From a virus, in IMG/VR virus record IMGVR_UViG_2847502069_000001, positions 5,495 to 69,494 of that record: DNA of 64,000 nt, one strand, 5' to 3'. The translations under genes and the position numbers were made by a program. Below are positions 41,616 to 51,465 of the stretch, piece by piece (positions within the stretch are counted from its first letter, which is position 1; each line of letters opens with the position of its first letter). The notes under the pieces are model-generated. The model searched no databases. It saw nothing but the letters and a program-made list of their open reading frames with translations, and was not told the DNA's origin.

Positions 41616-41750
41616 GATTTCTATCACTGAATTTATGGCTGTTTTGATAGGGGTAGTAAAGACTAAAAAAGGACATTTAGTACGGTATCTAAGCCGTTTT
41701 TGAAAAATTATTTATTGTTGTTAAATCTAGTAAAAACAGAGGAAAACAAC

Positions 41751-42725
41751 ATGGAAATTTCAATCCAATCAGCAATTCAAGAAATGCTTTTTGATAATAA
41801 AGCAAGAGGATTGTCGAAAAATACAATTATATTCAGAGAAAAAACACTAAAGATTTTCTCTGTTTTTTTGTGCCAAAATTATATTTTAAACATTAACGAA
41901 ATCAAACCAATTCATATAAAACAATATTTAGTTGACAGACTAGAATGTGGTTACTCTGAGACAACTGTTAATGGGCATTTAAGGGTTATTAGGGCGCTAT
42001 TTTCATATTGTATTAATGAAGAATACATTAGGTATGAGGAAGCACCTATACACCGTGTTAAATGGATTCAAGAGAAGAAGACGATTGTAAATACATTTAC
42101 AGATTCAGAGATAAAAATGATGCTCCATTATACAAGAAAAAGAACCTTTCATACAATCAAGAAAACTGGAAAAGGAAGAACTGGATTTTGTACAAAATTT
42201 GTGAATGAGAGAAATTACTTGCTGTTACTTATACTTACAGACACTGGTATGAGAATAAATGAAGCATTGAGTCTAAAATTAGAAAATATTAATGATTCTC
42301 AAATTATCATAAAAAGTGGTAAAGGGAAAAAAGATAGAATTGTTCATTGTTCACCACTTGTTTATAAACAGTATTTGAAATATAATAGGGCAAAAGAAAA
42401 TTATTTTTCAAGTAATGGGATAGTACCCATTGAAAATATATTTGTAACTAAATTTGGAAAAAAATATGATTATAGGCTAGCAGAAAAAGAAATATATAAA
42501 ATAGGAAAAGCGGTGAACATTCGTGACAGTATCCGTATCTCACCTCATACATTTAGACATTATTTTGCTCAAAAATTAGTACGTGAGAATGTTGATATTT
42601 ATATGATTCAAAAGTTACTGGGACACGCTAGCATCAAGACTACTGAGATTTATCTTAGGAGTTTAAATATCGAGAATGAAATTAACAAAGTCATCAAATA
42701 CAGTCCTTTGCAGAATTTAGATTAA
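41751..42725 (+). CDS. int: Tyrosine integrase (XerC/D-like)
   Basis: GAGG RBS before ATG 41751; TGMRINE, GKGKKDR, HTFRH, LLGH, TEIY catalytic motifs. Confidence 0.95.
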   Translation: MEISIQSAIQEMLFDNKARGLSKNTIIFREKTLKIFSVFLCQNYILNINEIKPIHIKQYLVDRLECGYSETTVNGHLRVIRALFSYCINEEYIRYEEAPIHRVKWIQEKKTIVNTFTDSEIKMMLHYTRKRTFHTIKKTGKGRTGFCTKFVNERNYLLLLILTDTGMRINEALSLKLENINDSQIIIKSGKGKKDRIVHCSPLVYKQYLKYNRAKENYFSSNGIVPIENIFVTKFGKKYDYRLAEKEIYKIGKAVNIRDSIRISPHTFRHYFAQKLVRENVDIYMIQKLLGHASIKTTEIYLRSLNIENEINKVIKYSPLQNLD

Positions 42726-43145
42726 AATAAATTTTTAGATAGTGTGGATGGGATAACCTACTAGAAAACAATAATTTTTGAATTATTATATCTATAAAAT
42801 GAATGTGAATTGGTTTTATATCCTTTATGTTTCAAGTACCATATTTTTTGGGAAAAATGTTTAATTAGATTGATAGAAAATTTGTGAAATTATTAGTTAA
42901 ATCTTGTATTGATTTTGGTCTGTGGACATTTAATAATAAATATGTTTATACAAAAGATGACCCTCATTGCTAGGAGATAAAGTTACCTGATATGGTATAT
43001 ATGCCTCGAAGCAATTTTTACAAAAAAACACTATATAATTTATTACTAGTGAGATGGAGTTATTGAAATCAAGAGAGGTAAGAAGAGGAGATGTATGGTA
43101 TAATATTAATAAATTCTAATGAAAGTCAGTGTAAGGGAAGTTATT

Positions 43146-44519
43146 ATGAAGAACAAAATTGTTGGGGTGTCACTAAAATTTTCTCATATGAATTTTAAAA
43201 ATATAGATTTAATACCATTTAGTTCTTATAATTCTTTGTTGGACTATGATATAGTAATTATTGATTTGGCAGGAATCTCATCAGGATATGATTGTGATAA
43301 AGATTATAATGGGAGAGAACGATTATATTCTGGTAAGAGACGCTTATCAAATGATGATTCCTTTAAATTTTTATCTGATTTTAAAAGAAGAAGAGAAGAA
43401 ATAAAAGATTTACTAGCTTTAGGAAAAACACTTTATATAATGCCCCCTGTCGAATCTAATTTCTATATTTATTCAGGAAAAAATGAATACTCAGGTACAG
43501 GTAAAAATCGTCAAAAAACCCATATTGTATTTGAGTTCGACATTTTAGATGTTTTACCTATAAAATTAAATATGACGACAGGTTTAGGTAGCAATTTGGC
43601 GTGTTCAACGGACTCTCCGTATAGAATTTTGTTTGAAGTAAAAGGAATGAAATACTATTATAATGCATATTTTAGTACAGAGGATAACGGAATACCTGTT
43701 GCTTACATTGCAAATACAGAAAAAAATATTTCTAAAGTATTCCCAATAAATGACGGACGCCTTATTATTTTCCCATCCATATTTGATGAAGAATATTATT
43801 CGAGTGAAAAAGAATATCGAAAAGTAGTAAATAATTTCTTGCATACCATAGATGATTTAGAAGAGGAAATAAAAGTAAATCTAGAGGACTACTTTCTTCC
43901 AGAATGGGCTGATAAATATAATATTTTAACAGAAAAAAATGAAAAAGAAAAAATTGAAGAATTGAATAAAACAATAGAAAAATTAGAAATTGAAAAAGAA
44001 AAGACCAAAGACAGGTTAAGTAGCATACAAAAATATAAACTTGCCTTCACTACCTCTGGCAAGGAATTAGAAAAGATTATATATGAAATTTTTTCAGAAT
44101 TAGGATTTAGGGCTATGCCTATTGAACATAATCGAGCGGATGGAATTTTTGAATATGATGTTTTTAAAATTGTAACTGAAATTAAAGGTGTCAATGGAAG
44201 CTCTGCTGAAAAACATGGGGCCCAATTAGAAAAGTGGGTATCGGAGTTTGTTGAGAAAGAAGGAACAATTCCTAAAGCTATACTAATTGTCAATGGTTTT
44301 AGAAAGAAAGATTTATCAGCTAGAAATGAAGCCGTTTTTCCCAATCAAATGATTGACTATTCTACTAAAAGAGAACATTGTCTAATTTCTACAGTTCAAT
44401 TACTCGGAATGTTTATTGATGTGAAGAATAATCCTTCGAAAAAAGAAGCGATTGTTACTAAGTTTTTAAAAACAGTAGGAGTTTATTCCGAATATATGGA
44501 TTTTAAAGAATTTCTATAA
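43146..44519 (+). CDS. Cargo protein: unknown N-domain, coiled coil, C-terminal PD-(D/E)xK (Mrr-like) nuclease domain
   Basis: GKELEKIIYEIFSELGF...RADGIF...EIKG...QL pattern; own TGGTATAAT promoter near 43096. Confidence 0.7.
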   Translation: MKNKIVGVSLKFSHMNFKNIDLIPFSSYNSLLDYDIVIIDLAGISSGYDCDKDYNGRERLYSGKRRLSNDDSFKFLSDFKRRREEIKDLLALGKTLYIMPPVESNFYIYSGKNEYSGTGKNRQKTHIVFEFDILDVLPIKLNMTTGLGSNLACSTDSPYRILFEVKGMKYYYNAYFSTEDNGIPVAYIANTEKNISKVFPINDGRLIIFPSIFDEEYYSSEKEYRKVVNNFLHTIDDLEEEIKVNLEDYFLPEWADKYNILTEKNEKEKIEELNKTIEKLEIEKEKTKDRLSSIQKYKLAFTTSGKELEKIIYEIFSELGFRAMPIEHNRADGIFEYDVFKIVTEIKGVNGSSAEKHGAQLEKWVSEFVEKEGTIPKAILIVNGFRKKDLSARNEAVFPNQMIDYSTKREHCLISTVQLLGMFIDVKNNPSKKEAIVTKFLKTVGVYSEYMDFKEFL

Positions 44520-44570
44520 GTTTTAGGCAAGACAGGCCGGTCTATAAAAACGATTACAAATATTGAGGTT

Positions 44571-44810
44571 ATGATTACCCAAAAAGGTTTACAAGCCAAT
44601 GTGAGGGCTTCTGTGAGGTGCAGTTCACATCAATTTAGACATTATTGGACTTGTAAGAACTTAGAACTTGGACAAGACATATTTACTATCAGCAAGCTGT
44701 TAGGACACACCAATTTATCAACAACACAAATTTATCTACAAAAGTTGACCAATGAGTAATTAATTGGCTAAGGCTGTCAAATTCAGTCCACTAAAACACT
44801 TAAAATAGCA
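44571..44810 (+). pseudogene. C-terminal remnant of a second tyrosine integrase
   Basis: SSHQFRHYW...LLGHTNLSTTQIYL, degenerate FSPLKHLK end, then terminator. Confidence 0.8.
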
Positions 44811-44879
44811 AAAAGTTCTCACTTAATTGTGGGAGCTTTTTTATTTTAAACAAAACAATAATAATTTATCCATGTAATG

Positions 44880-45605
44880 GATGGGTGAATTGAGCGATAG
44901 CGAAAGAGGGCTTTAGCCCTAAGAGGTCTTCCGAGCGTTAGCGAAAATAGCACCGCAGGTGTAGAAATCTTTCTTTCTTCTCTTTCTATTTTTTCTCTTT
45001 CTTTTTCTTCTCTTTCTACCTTGCAATTTTTGTCAATTTTTTTTACACATATTGCAATAGCCATATGCAATTTTTGTATTTTTTTTTGACACTTATTGCA
45101 TTACCCATGTGCAATAAGTGTCAATTTTTTTTACATATATTGCATATGGAATTAAACTAAGCCGTGGGCTGACCACAAAACAATCTGTGAGCTGAGAATA
45201 GTTTTTAGACAGATGTTGTATAAGTGTCCAATTATATTTGTAGAAAGTTTTAAAAAACGTGTCCATTTAGTGTTCAAAACCACTATATATTATGGGGTCA
45301 GGAGAAAACACGTGAAAAACTAGCCCTAACCCTTATAATAGTAGAGGGGTTAGTTTTATTTCAAAAAAAAACACGTCACGATTTCCCTCTCAAAACCACT
45401 ATACTATGAGAGGGTAATTATATCTAAATTAATTTAAAAAAGCGTTTGGATTGTTGTTTGAAAAGGTTTATACTATGAGAGGACAAATAAAAACGTGTGA
45501 GAAATAGCTCTAAACTATCTATTAAGTAGAGGGATAAATAAGTTTAGATTGTTTTTTAAAAAAAGCGTGTCTACTTCCCTTTCAAAAGGTTTATACTATG
45601 AGAGG
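44880..45605. repeat. Origin/operator-like non-coding block
   Basis: GAGCG(A/T)TAGCGAAA twice, polypyrimidine tract, 15-bp perfect inverted repeat at 45086-45124, six ~60-70-bp units ending TATA(C/A)TA..AGAGG. Confidence 0.7.
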
Positions 45606-45659
45606 TGACGTTAAGTCAAGTTTTTAGAGTAACAAACGTAGAATTTTAATCTATTTATT

Positions 45660-46512
45660 TTAAGCACTTACCTTTTCAAATTGATTAGGTGTAAGATACC
45701 CTAAACTTTGATGGTTTCGTTTTGAATTATAAAAGGCTTCGATGTACCAGAAAATACTCTGATAGGCTTCTTCAAAGTTCTTATATTTAAATTGATACAC
45801 CCACTCTCTTTTTAAATGTCCATGCCAAGATTCAAGACTGGCATTATGATAAGGTATCCCTTCGACTGAAAGAGTGAGTCATCCCATAATACTTAAGCAA
45901 CTCTTCATACTCTAGACTCGTATACTGGCTTCCTTGGTCAGAATGAAGAATAACAGCTTCTGGATAGTCTTGTGATTTAATGGCCTTATTTAAAGTTCTT
46001 TGCACTAATTCTACAGTCATTCGCTTGCCCAAATCCCAAGCAATGACTTTTTTAGTATAACGATCCATAATGGTTGAGAGATAAGCCCATCCTTGTTGAG
46101 TAGGAATATAAGTAATGTCGGTTGACCAAACCTTATTTTTCTTTGTAGGTTCAGTCTGTATGAGATTTTTTCGATTGATGTGATCACTTAGTGAGTATCC
46201 AGGCTTAAATTTCTTAATGACTACAGACTTGAGTTGAAGTTGCTTCATTAGCTTCTGTACCAGTTTTAACCCGACTTTTTCCCCTTGTTTAAGTAGAAGA
46301 TGATGAATTTTAGGAGCACCATAGATTCCTCGGTTAGCATTGAAGAGTTGAGAAATTTTGAGTGACAGGTATTGTCTCCTTAATTGAGTTTTAGATGGAT
46401 GTCGGTTAATCCGTTCATAATAACTTGATTCAGGAACATCAAGGAGTTGACAGCTTAGTCTGACATTGAGTGCTAAAGTTTGTATGGTTTGAGCCATATC
46501 CGCAGCACTCAC
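45660..46512 (-). CDS. IS981 transposase OrfB (DDE), broken near 45855 by two 1-bp homopolymer deletions
   Basis: WSTDITYI, LHSDQGSQYTS; RRGYPYHNASLESW restored by adding one G and one C. Confidence 0.9.
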
Positions 46513-46769
46513 TTCTTTTTCTCGGCGAATATGGTCAATACTTTTTTTAAGATGTCTCGTTCTTCCTTAACTTTAGCCAGTTGTCTTTTTAATTCTAGAA
46601 AATCAGCTTTAGAGACGGAGCTTTCATTAGATTTAGAGTAGAGGTCTATCCATTTATAAATTGTTGCAGGGGCCACGTCGTATTCTTTAGACAGCTGGGT
46701 GACGGATTGACCAGAATGATAGAAGGCGATAAGGGTTTCTTTAAATTCTTTTGAGTAGCGTTTTTGCAT
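46509..46769 (-). CDS. IS981 transposase OrfA (HTH)
   Basis: SVTQLSKEYDVAPATIYKW...EERDILKK. Confidence 0.95.
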   Translation of the reverse strand: MQKRYSKEFKETLIAFYHSGQSVTQLSKEYDVAPATIYKWIDLYSKSNESSVSKADFLELKRQLAKVKEERDILKKVLTIFAEKKK

Positions 46770-46827
46770 GTTTTTGTCCTTTGTCTAAATTATACAATAG
46801 TGACTCTAAGATTTAAGGATAACATCA

Positions 46828-47498
46828 AAGTTTCAAATGGTTTTGATTCAGATACAAAACGGAGAGAGACAAATTCTTACTTAACTTTCAACTCAGTTGA
46901 AGATGAAAAAGAAGTTTCTTTGAAACCTACGTATAAAGCTCAATCATCAGAACCAAAAGAAAAAGAAGCTGAGAAACCTGTAGTTAAAGAATCTAAGAAA
47001 AATAGTGAAAAAGAAGCTAGGGGATTTAAAGATGAAATCGGCAAGTTCTTCGGAAACACAATGGAAGACAACATCTTTAAGAAAATGGCAAGTGATAAAA
47101 GAATTACAAGTGTTGAACAAGCTATGGAGATTCAAGACATTAACAAACCAATGAGTTTAGGAATGTGGAAAGTAATTCAAGATTCAGATAATTCTTTTGT
47201 TAGAGACTATGGCAATAAGAAATTACAAAATAAAGCATGGAAAAAGAAATTTGGTTCAGACTTAAATGAAGCTATTCGTAAAGATAAAGAATCAGCACAC
47301 AAAACAAAATTCACATCTAAATACTTTTTCAAGACAATTACAGAATATTATATAGACGGTGGAAAACGTATTATTAGTGCAGACGAACTTTATGACTATG
47401 TACATCACAGACTGGTTTACTCAGACAGCGACACTTACTTCACACCAACCAATATGTTTCAAGAGTTGAAATGTATCAAAGTAACAGACAAATATTAA
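46828..47498 (+). pseudogene. 5'-truncated phage gene, possibly a replication protein
   Basis: Open frame begins at the IS boundary; no native RBS or start. Confidence 0.6.
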
Positions 47499-47526
47499 TA
47501 GCAAATAGAAATTAGGAGAATACAAA

Positions 47527-48123
47527 ATGGAAAAGACAACTACAACAACTACTAAAGCAATCGAATGGAAATCAGTTAAAGGTTTTGAAGGACAGTATGA
47601 AGTTAGTAATACTGGTTTAGTTAAATCTTTAAAAGGTAAAACAGAAAGAATCATGAAACCTAAAAGAAAGAGAATTATCAAAAAAGATGGTTCTGTTGAA
47701 CTTGGTTATGAGGAACTTATTTTGAGTGATAAAGGTGTTCAATATTCTAAACTTGTTCATAGACTTGTTGCACAGGCATTCATTCCAAATACTGAAAACA
47801 AACCAGAAGTTAATCATATAGATGAAGATAAAGGCAATAATTCAGTTGAAAATTTGGAATGGAACACACACGAGGAAAACTCAAATCACGGTACTAAGAA
47901 CATTCGTTCAGCAAATAAACAAAGTATGGCAGTTATTGGAGTAGATGAATTTGGAAATATCGTAGAAATTCACTCATCAATTCGGAGTGCTGAACGTCTG
48001 ACAGGATTTGGTCATAGTAATATTAGTGCTTGTGCAAGTGGTAAAAGTGCTAAGTATAAGAATTTAGAATGGTTCAAAATTGATAATGAAATGTTTGATT
48101 TGTTGGTCGGTGCAGAATTTTAA
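47527..48123 (+). CDS. NUMOD4-HNH-NUMOD1 homing endonuclease
   Basis: WKSVKGFEGQYEVSNTG, VHRLVAQAFIPN...VNHIDEDKGNN...NLEW, SIRSAERLTG. Confidence 0.93.
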   Translation: MEKTTTTTTKAIEWKSVKGFEGQYEVSNTGLVKSLKGKTERIMKPKRKRIIKKDGSVELGYEELILSDKGVQYSKLVHRLVAQAFIPNTENKPEVNHIDEDKGNNSVENLEWNTHEENSNHGTKNIRSANKQSMAVIGVDEFGNIVEIHSSIRSAERLTGFGHSNISACASGKSAKYKNLEWFKIDNEMFDLLVGAEF

Positions 48124-48142
48124 TTAAATAGGAGATAATATT

Positions 48143-48262
48143 ATGAATAAGAAACTTAAAGAATTACAAGTAAAAATTGATGTTATTGAAGCAAAAGCTG
48201 ATAAGGTTGAAAAAAGACTTGATTTTATTGAGAGAAAAAACAAAAAAGAAATAACCTTTTAA
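48143..48262 (+). CDS. Small coiled-coil protein (39 aa)
   Basis: AGGAG RBS; MNKKLKELQVKIDVIEAK. Confidence 0.55.
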   Translation: MNKKLKELQVKIDVIEAKADKVEKRLDFIERKNKKEITF

Positions 48263-48283
48263 ATAGGATTATTTCTCTATTAA

Positions 48284-49120
48284 TTAGCTATTTGATGTAA
48301 ATGTTTTGATGTCTTTGTTTGAATAAAGAGGGTCTAGTTCAATTTTATTTTTAGTGTTAGAAATATTAATAAGGTAAATTATTTTATTACCATCATTAGA
48401 ACCAATAAAACCATTAGCGTAACCAATAATTTTATTATCACTTTTTAAAGGAATTTGGGTATCTGCATATGCATTAAAGGAATAATATTGAGGAGATTCA
48501 TAAAAATCTTCTCCTTTAAATTTAATATTTCCTGAAAAGTTAATAGATTGATAACTTAATTTTCCATCTTTTAAATTTTGAGAAAAAGTTGGTTTATAGG
48601 TGTAAACACCCCCAAAAAAGCCAGAAGAACCTTCACCAAGACCTACTTTTGCTTTATCTTTAAGACTCGTGTTTACATTCATATATGCTTCATATAAATT
48701 TGACTGCAAGGTTCTATCAAGGTATAGTTGCAAGATTTGGTTGAACGTAGGATATTTTGAATCTAAATAAAGTGATGAAGGGCTAATTTTAGCAAAAAAA
48801 TAACCTTTATCCATATTTTGATAAGTGAATGCATTACTTATTTTAGAATCTAATTGTGATTGGTTTGTTGCAATTACAGCAGTAATATGTGCTTCATCAC
48901 TAATCATATCATCAGCTACAGGTGTAACTTCAAACCAGATTTCATCTTTTAAATCATCAGTAAAGTGTTGAGAAATAGTTTCGTTTTGCTCAATTTTCTT
49001 AGTTTCACTTACCTTTGATTTACTATTAGATGTTGAGTCAGTTTTTTTATTTTCACATCCAGTAAATAATACTAGAGTTGATAACAATATTAAGGTTCCA
49101 ACAATTTTGATTTTTTTCAT
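48284..49120 (-). CDS. Lipoprotein, candidate superinfection-exclusion moron
   Basis: MKK signal, lipobox LFTG-C, Ser/Thr/Lys linker; opposite strand to lytic genes. Confidence 0.8.
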   Translation of the reverse strand: MKKIKIVGTLILLSTLVLFTGCENKKTDSTSNSKSKVSETKKIEQNETISQHFTDDLKDEIWFEVTPVADDMISDEAHITAVIATNQSQLDSKISNAFTYQNMDKGYFFAKISPSSLYLDSKYPTFNQILQLYLDRTLQSNLYEAYMNVNTSLKDKAKVGLGEGSSGFFGGVYTYKPTFSQNLKDGKLSYQSINFSGNIKFKGEDFYESPQYYSFNAYADTQIPLKSDNKIIGYANGFIGSNDGNKIIYLINISNTKNKIELDPLYSNKDIKTFTSNS

Positions 49121-49244
49121 AAAATTACTCCTACTAAAAATATTGTATCAGAAGATAAGAAATTAATCTAATTTTAAGTAATAGTTAAGAAAATAAGAAT
49201 TTATGATATAACAAGCATAATTAAATAATAGGAGAGGAAAAAGA

Positions 49245-50189
49245 ATGAATAAATTATCAGCATTAAATAAAGTTGAAGAATATATTGCAGAAGATTTGAG
49301 TTGGTTAAAGACTGGGGCTAGAGAAGATACTGATTGGTTAATGTTTGTAGCTTATAGGATTAAATCAATGATGTTGAATAGTGTTTACAAAAAGAATCAA
49401 GCTATCATGACTTATGAGAAACAAGAGTTGAATGAAGATTACAATGACTTCTTGGATATGCTTTGGACAATGCAAGATTCTGGGATATTTAAATTTGATT
49501 GGGATAGGATTTGGAAACAGAGAGACTATCAAGAGATAGTTGATAACATAGGTTTAGTAACTGAAAGATTTGGTTATGGTGTTGCTGTTGATTTAATGAA
49601 TCTGATTAATGAGTTTAGATTTATGCAGAGTGATTCAGAAGAGTTCATAGCTTTGTATTCTGAATATGAGAAGCACATGTTGCCATTGCTGATGGCTGGT
49701 CTCAGTAAAGGACTGGATGCAGTTGATGATTCAAAGACTGGTAAAGAGAAAGCTAAATATATAAATAGAGTTTTGTTGACTGAATTTGTTCGATTGCAGA
49801 AAGAAAGAGATGGATATATTCTTATAAGAGAAAGTGGTAAGCGATATTATATCCAACCTGAATTGAAAGATGATATAGATTGCTGGAAGCTATTGACTAA
49901 ACAAACATTTAAGTTTGTAGGTATTGATAACTTTAAAAGTGTGTTGACCAGAAAGCAATATCAGTTCTTGATTGAAGCTTATATGATTGTTAGAGGACAC
50001 TATGATAATAAAGATATTGAATGGTTTAGGTTTGATAAGAAAGGTAATGTTAAACTGAATAAGCGCAAGCTTAGTGGTGAGTTAGGAGTTAGTGAAGTTA
50101 ACTTTAATCAAACAATGAAAAGGATTCAAGAAAGAATTGATAAAGTATTTGCTGATGTGTTTAGTGAGTACTTGAAGAATAGTAGATAG
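49245..50189 (+). CDS. Putative transcription regulator with C-terminal sigma-70 region-4-like HTH
   Basis: LTRKQYQFL...KRKLSGELGVSEVNFNQTMKRIQERI; followed by a terminator. Confidence 0.55.
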   Translation: MNKLSALNKVEEYIAEDLSWLKTGAREDTDWLMFVAYRIKSMMLNSVYKKNQAIMTYEKQELNEDYNDFLDMLWTMQDSGIFKFDWDRIWKQRDYQEIVDNIGLVTERFGYGVAVDLMNLINEFRFMQSDSEEFIALYSEYEKHMLPLLMAGLSKGLDAVDDSKTGKEKAKYINRVLLTEFVRLQKERDGYILIRESGKRYYIQPELKDDIDCWKLLTKQTFKFVGIDNFKSVLTRKQYQFLIEAYMIVRGHYDNKDIEWFRFDKKGNVKLNKRKLSGELGVSEVNFNQTMKRIQERIDKVFADVFSEYLKNSR

Positions 50190-50459
50190 AGAGTTGATTA
50201 GGTTCAACTCTTTTTTTATATTATTTTTTGTTAAGGAGTGTCATATATTTATTTATATGTTGTAAGAAAGAATAGGAGAAGAGAATATGAAGATTACAAT
50301 TGAACAAGATATCCACACAGAATTTGTTGACGGTAAGATTACAGCAGACCAATCAACCACAGTAGAATTTGATTTTAATGATTCAGTTAAAGAGAAAGAT
50401 ACTTCTATCAATGCTTTAGTTAAAGCAATCAATGAAGAGTTTAAAGGAGGTCGTGCTTA

Positions 50460-50666
50460 ATGATAACAATACTTTTAAATGTATTAATTGCTTTTGCAAT
50501 ATTTCTTTTAGTTATGTTTGCAGTCGTGATTGTATTTGCTTTTGTTAAAACTATTAAGACTAAGAAGGAAGCTAACAAGATTATCAATAAGACTTTCAAT
50601 ATTGACAGCTCAAACCCAAATGACTTAGCTAATATGATTAGAAAAAAGATTGATGAGGATTTGTAA
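50460..50666 (+). CDS. Small membrane protein
   Basis: AAGGAGG RBS; single TM helix. Confidence 0.7.
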   Translation: MITILLNVLIAFAIFLLVMFAVVIVFAFVKTIKTKKEANKIINKTFNIDSSNPNDLANMIRKKIDEDL

Positions 50667-51200
50667 TGCCGTGTGAAGATTTCTATTATGATTAATTAAA
50701 ATTAAAAGTGTAGTGTGCTACTAAATGAAAACACTATAGGTGTACTTGTGGTTGAATGAGATGACACTACAGCCTACACTTTATTACAGGATATGTGGTA
50801 CTTATAAGACTCTAGTCTTATAAGGGTGGTTCGATTCCTCAGATACCCATTGGGTTACAACCTCCTAGATAACCCAAGACTCCTTGTCACTAGTCTTGCC
50901 AAACTGGTGGCTATTAATGTTTCGCTCTATTAATGTTTTGTAGTAATGCTTGGTAGCTTTCGTTATGGTTCGATTCCATAAATTATTCTTGGATTTAATT
51001 ATCCAAAAGAAATTCTTTTACTCTCTACAATTTTCCTCTGTAGCTGTTGATGGTTCACAAGTAAGAGTTCGATTCTCTTTGCAGTTATTGGTTGATATAT
51101 ATTGACCAAAGTTTTTCTCTTTCACTTCTCTACTCTTTAAAGGCTGAGAGTTCTATGTTCGTTCATTCGTTCATGATTCTCTTGTGCTTTTTTATTTTGT
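50667..51200 (+). ncRNA. Non-coding region with several hairpins and three tRNA T-loop modules
   Basis: GGTTCGATTCC at 50828, TTATGG-TTCGATT-CCATAA at 50963, AGAG-TTCGATT-CTCT at 51064; 10-bp stem at 50801-50824. Confidence 0.5.
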
Positions 51201-51465
51201 TAAAGGGTGTGAGTGTGTGTGGAAATAAAAATAAAATAAATAAATTTAAGAATAAAAAATAATTTTTTTGAAAAAAATAAAAAAAATAATCCCCCCATCA
51301 ATGAAATTTATGGGGTAGGTTTATGCACGAGGGGGTCAAAAGAAAAACTCCCCCAAAGTTTTTGAGCCAAAAATTTTCAGCAAAAATCTCAGCAAATCAA
51401 AATAAATCTTGGAGAATCCAAGTAAATCTAAGAGAATACTAAGACACTTATAGAAAGGGTGCTAA
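51200..51465. other. Probable cos region of prophage 2
   Basis: A-rich tract then C6/G4/G5/C5 runs immediately upstream of terS. Confidence 0.45.

Larger units (their letters stand above)
45606..46827 (-). mobile_element. IS981 (IS3 family)
   Basis: Imperfect terminal IRs (TGACGTTAAG.../TGATGTTATC...), orfA MQKRYSKEFKETLIAFY plus DDE orfB. Confidence 0.95.

Noticed and set aside
44846-45070. 74-aa minus-strand ORF as a repressor
   Set aside because: It is the translation of a low-complexity purine tract (EREEKEREK); no HTH or RBS
46764-46827. Start of the 244-aa ORF given in the track
   Set aside because: These codons lie inside the IS981 end; the ORF is a chimera with a truncated phage gene
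50287-50459. Small ORF upstream of the membrane gene
   Set aside because: ATG 50287 stops after 5 codons; a longer frame is offset by one base, so it cannot be called without read checking
51200-51465. Canonical Skunavirus cos sequence CACAAAGGACT
   Set aside because: Not seen by eye in the terS-upstream region, so the cos sequence is left unassigned
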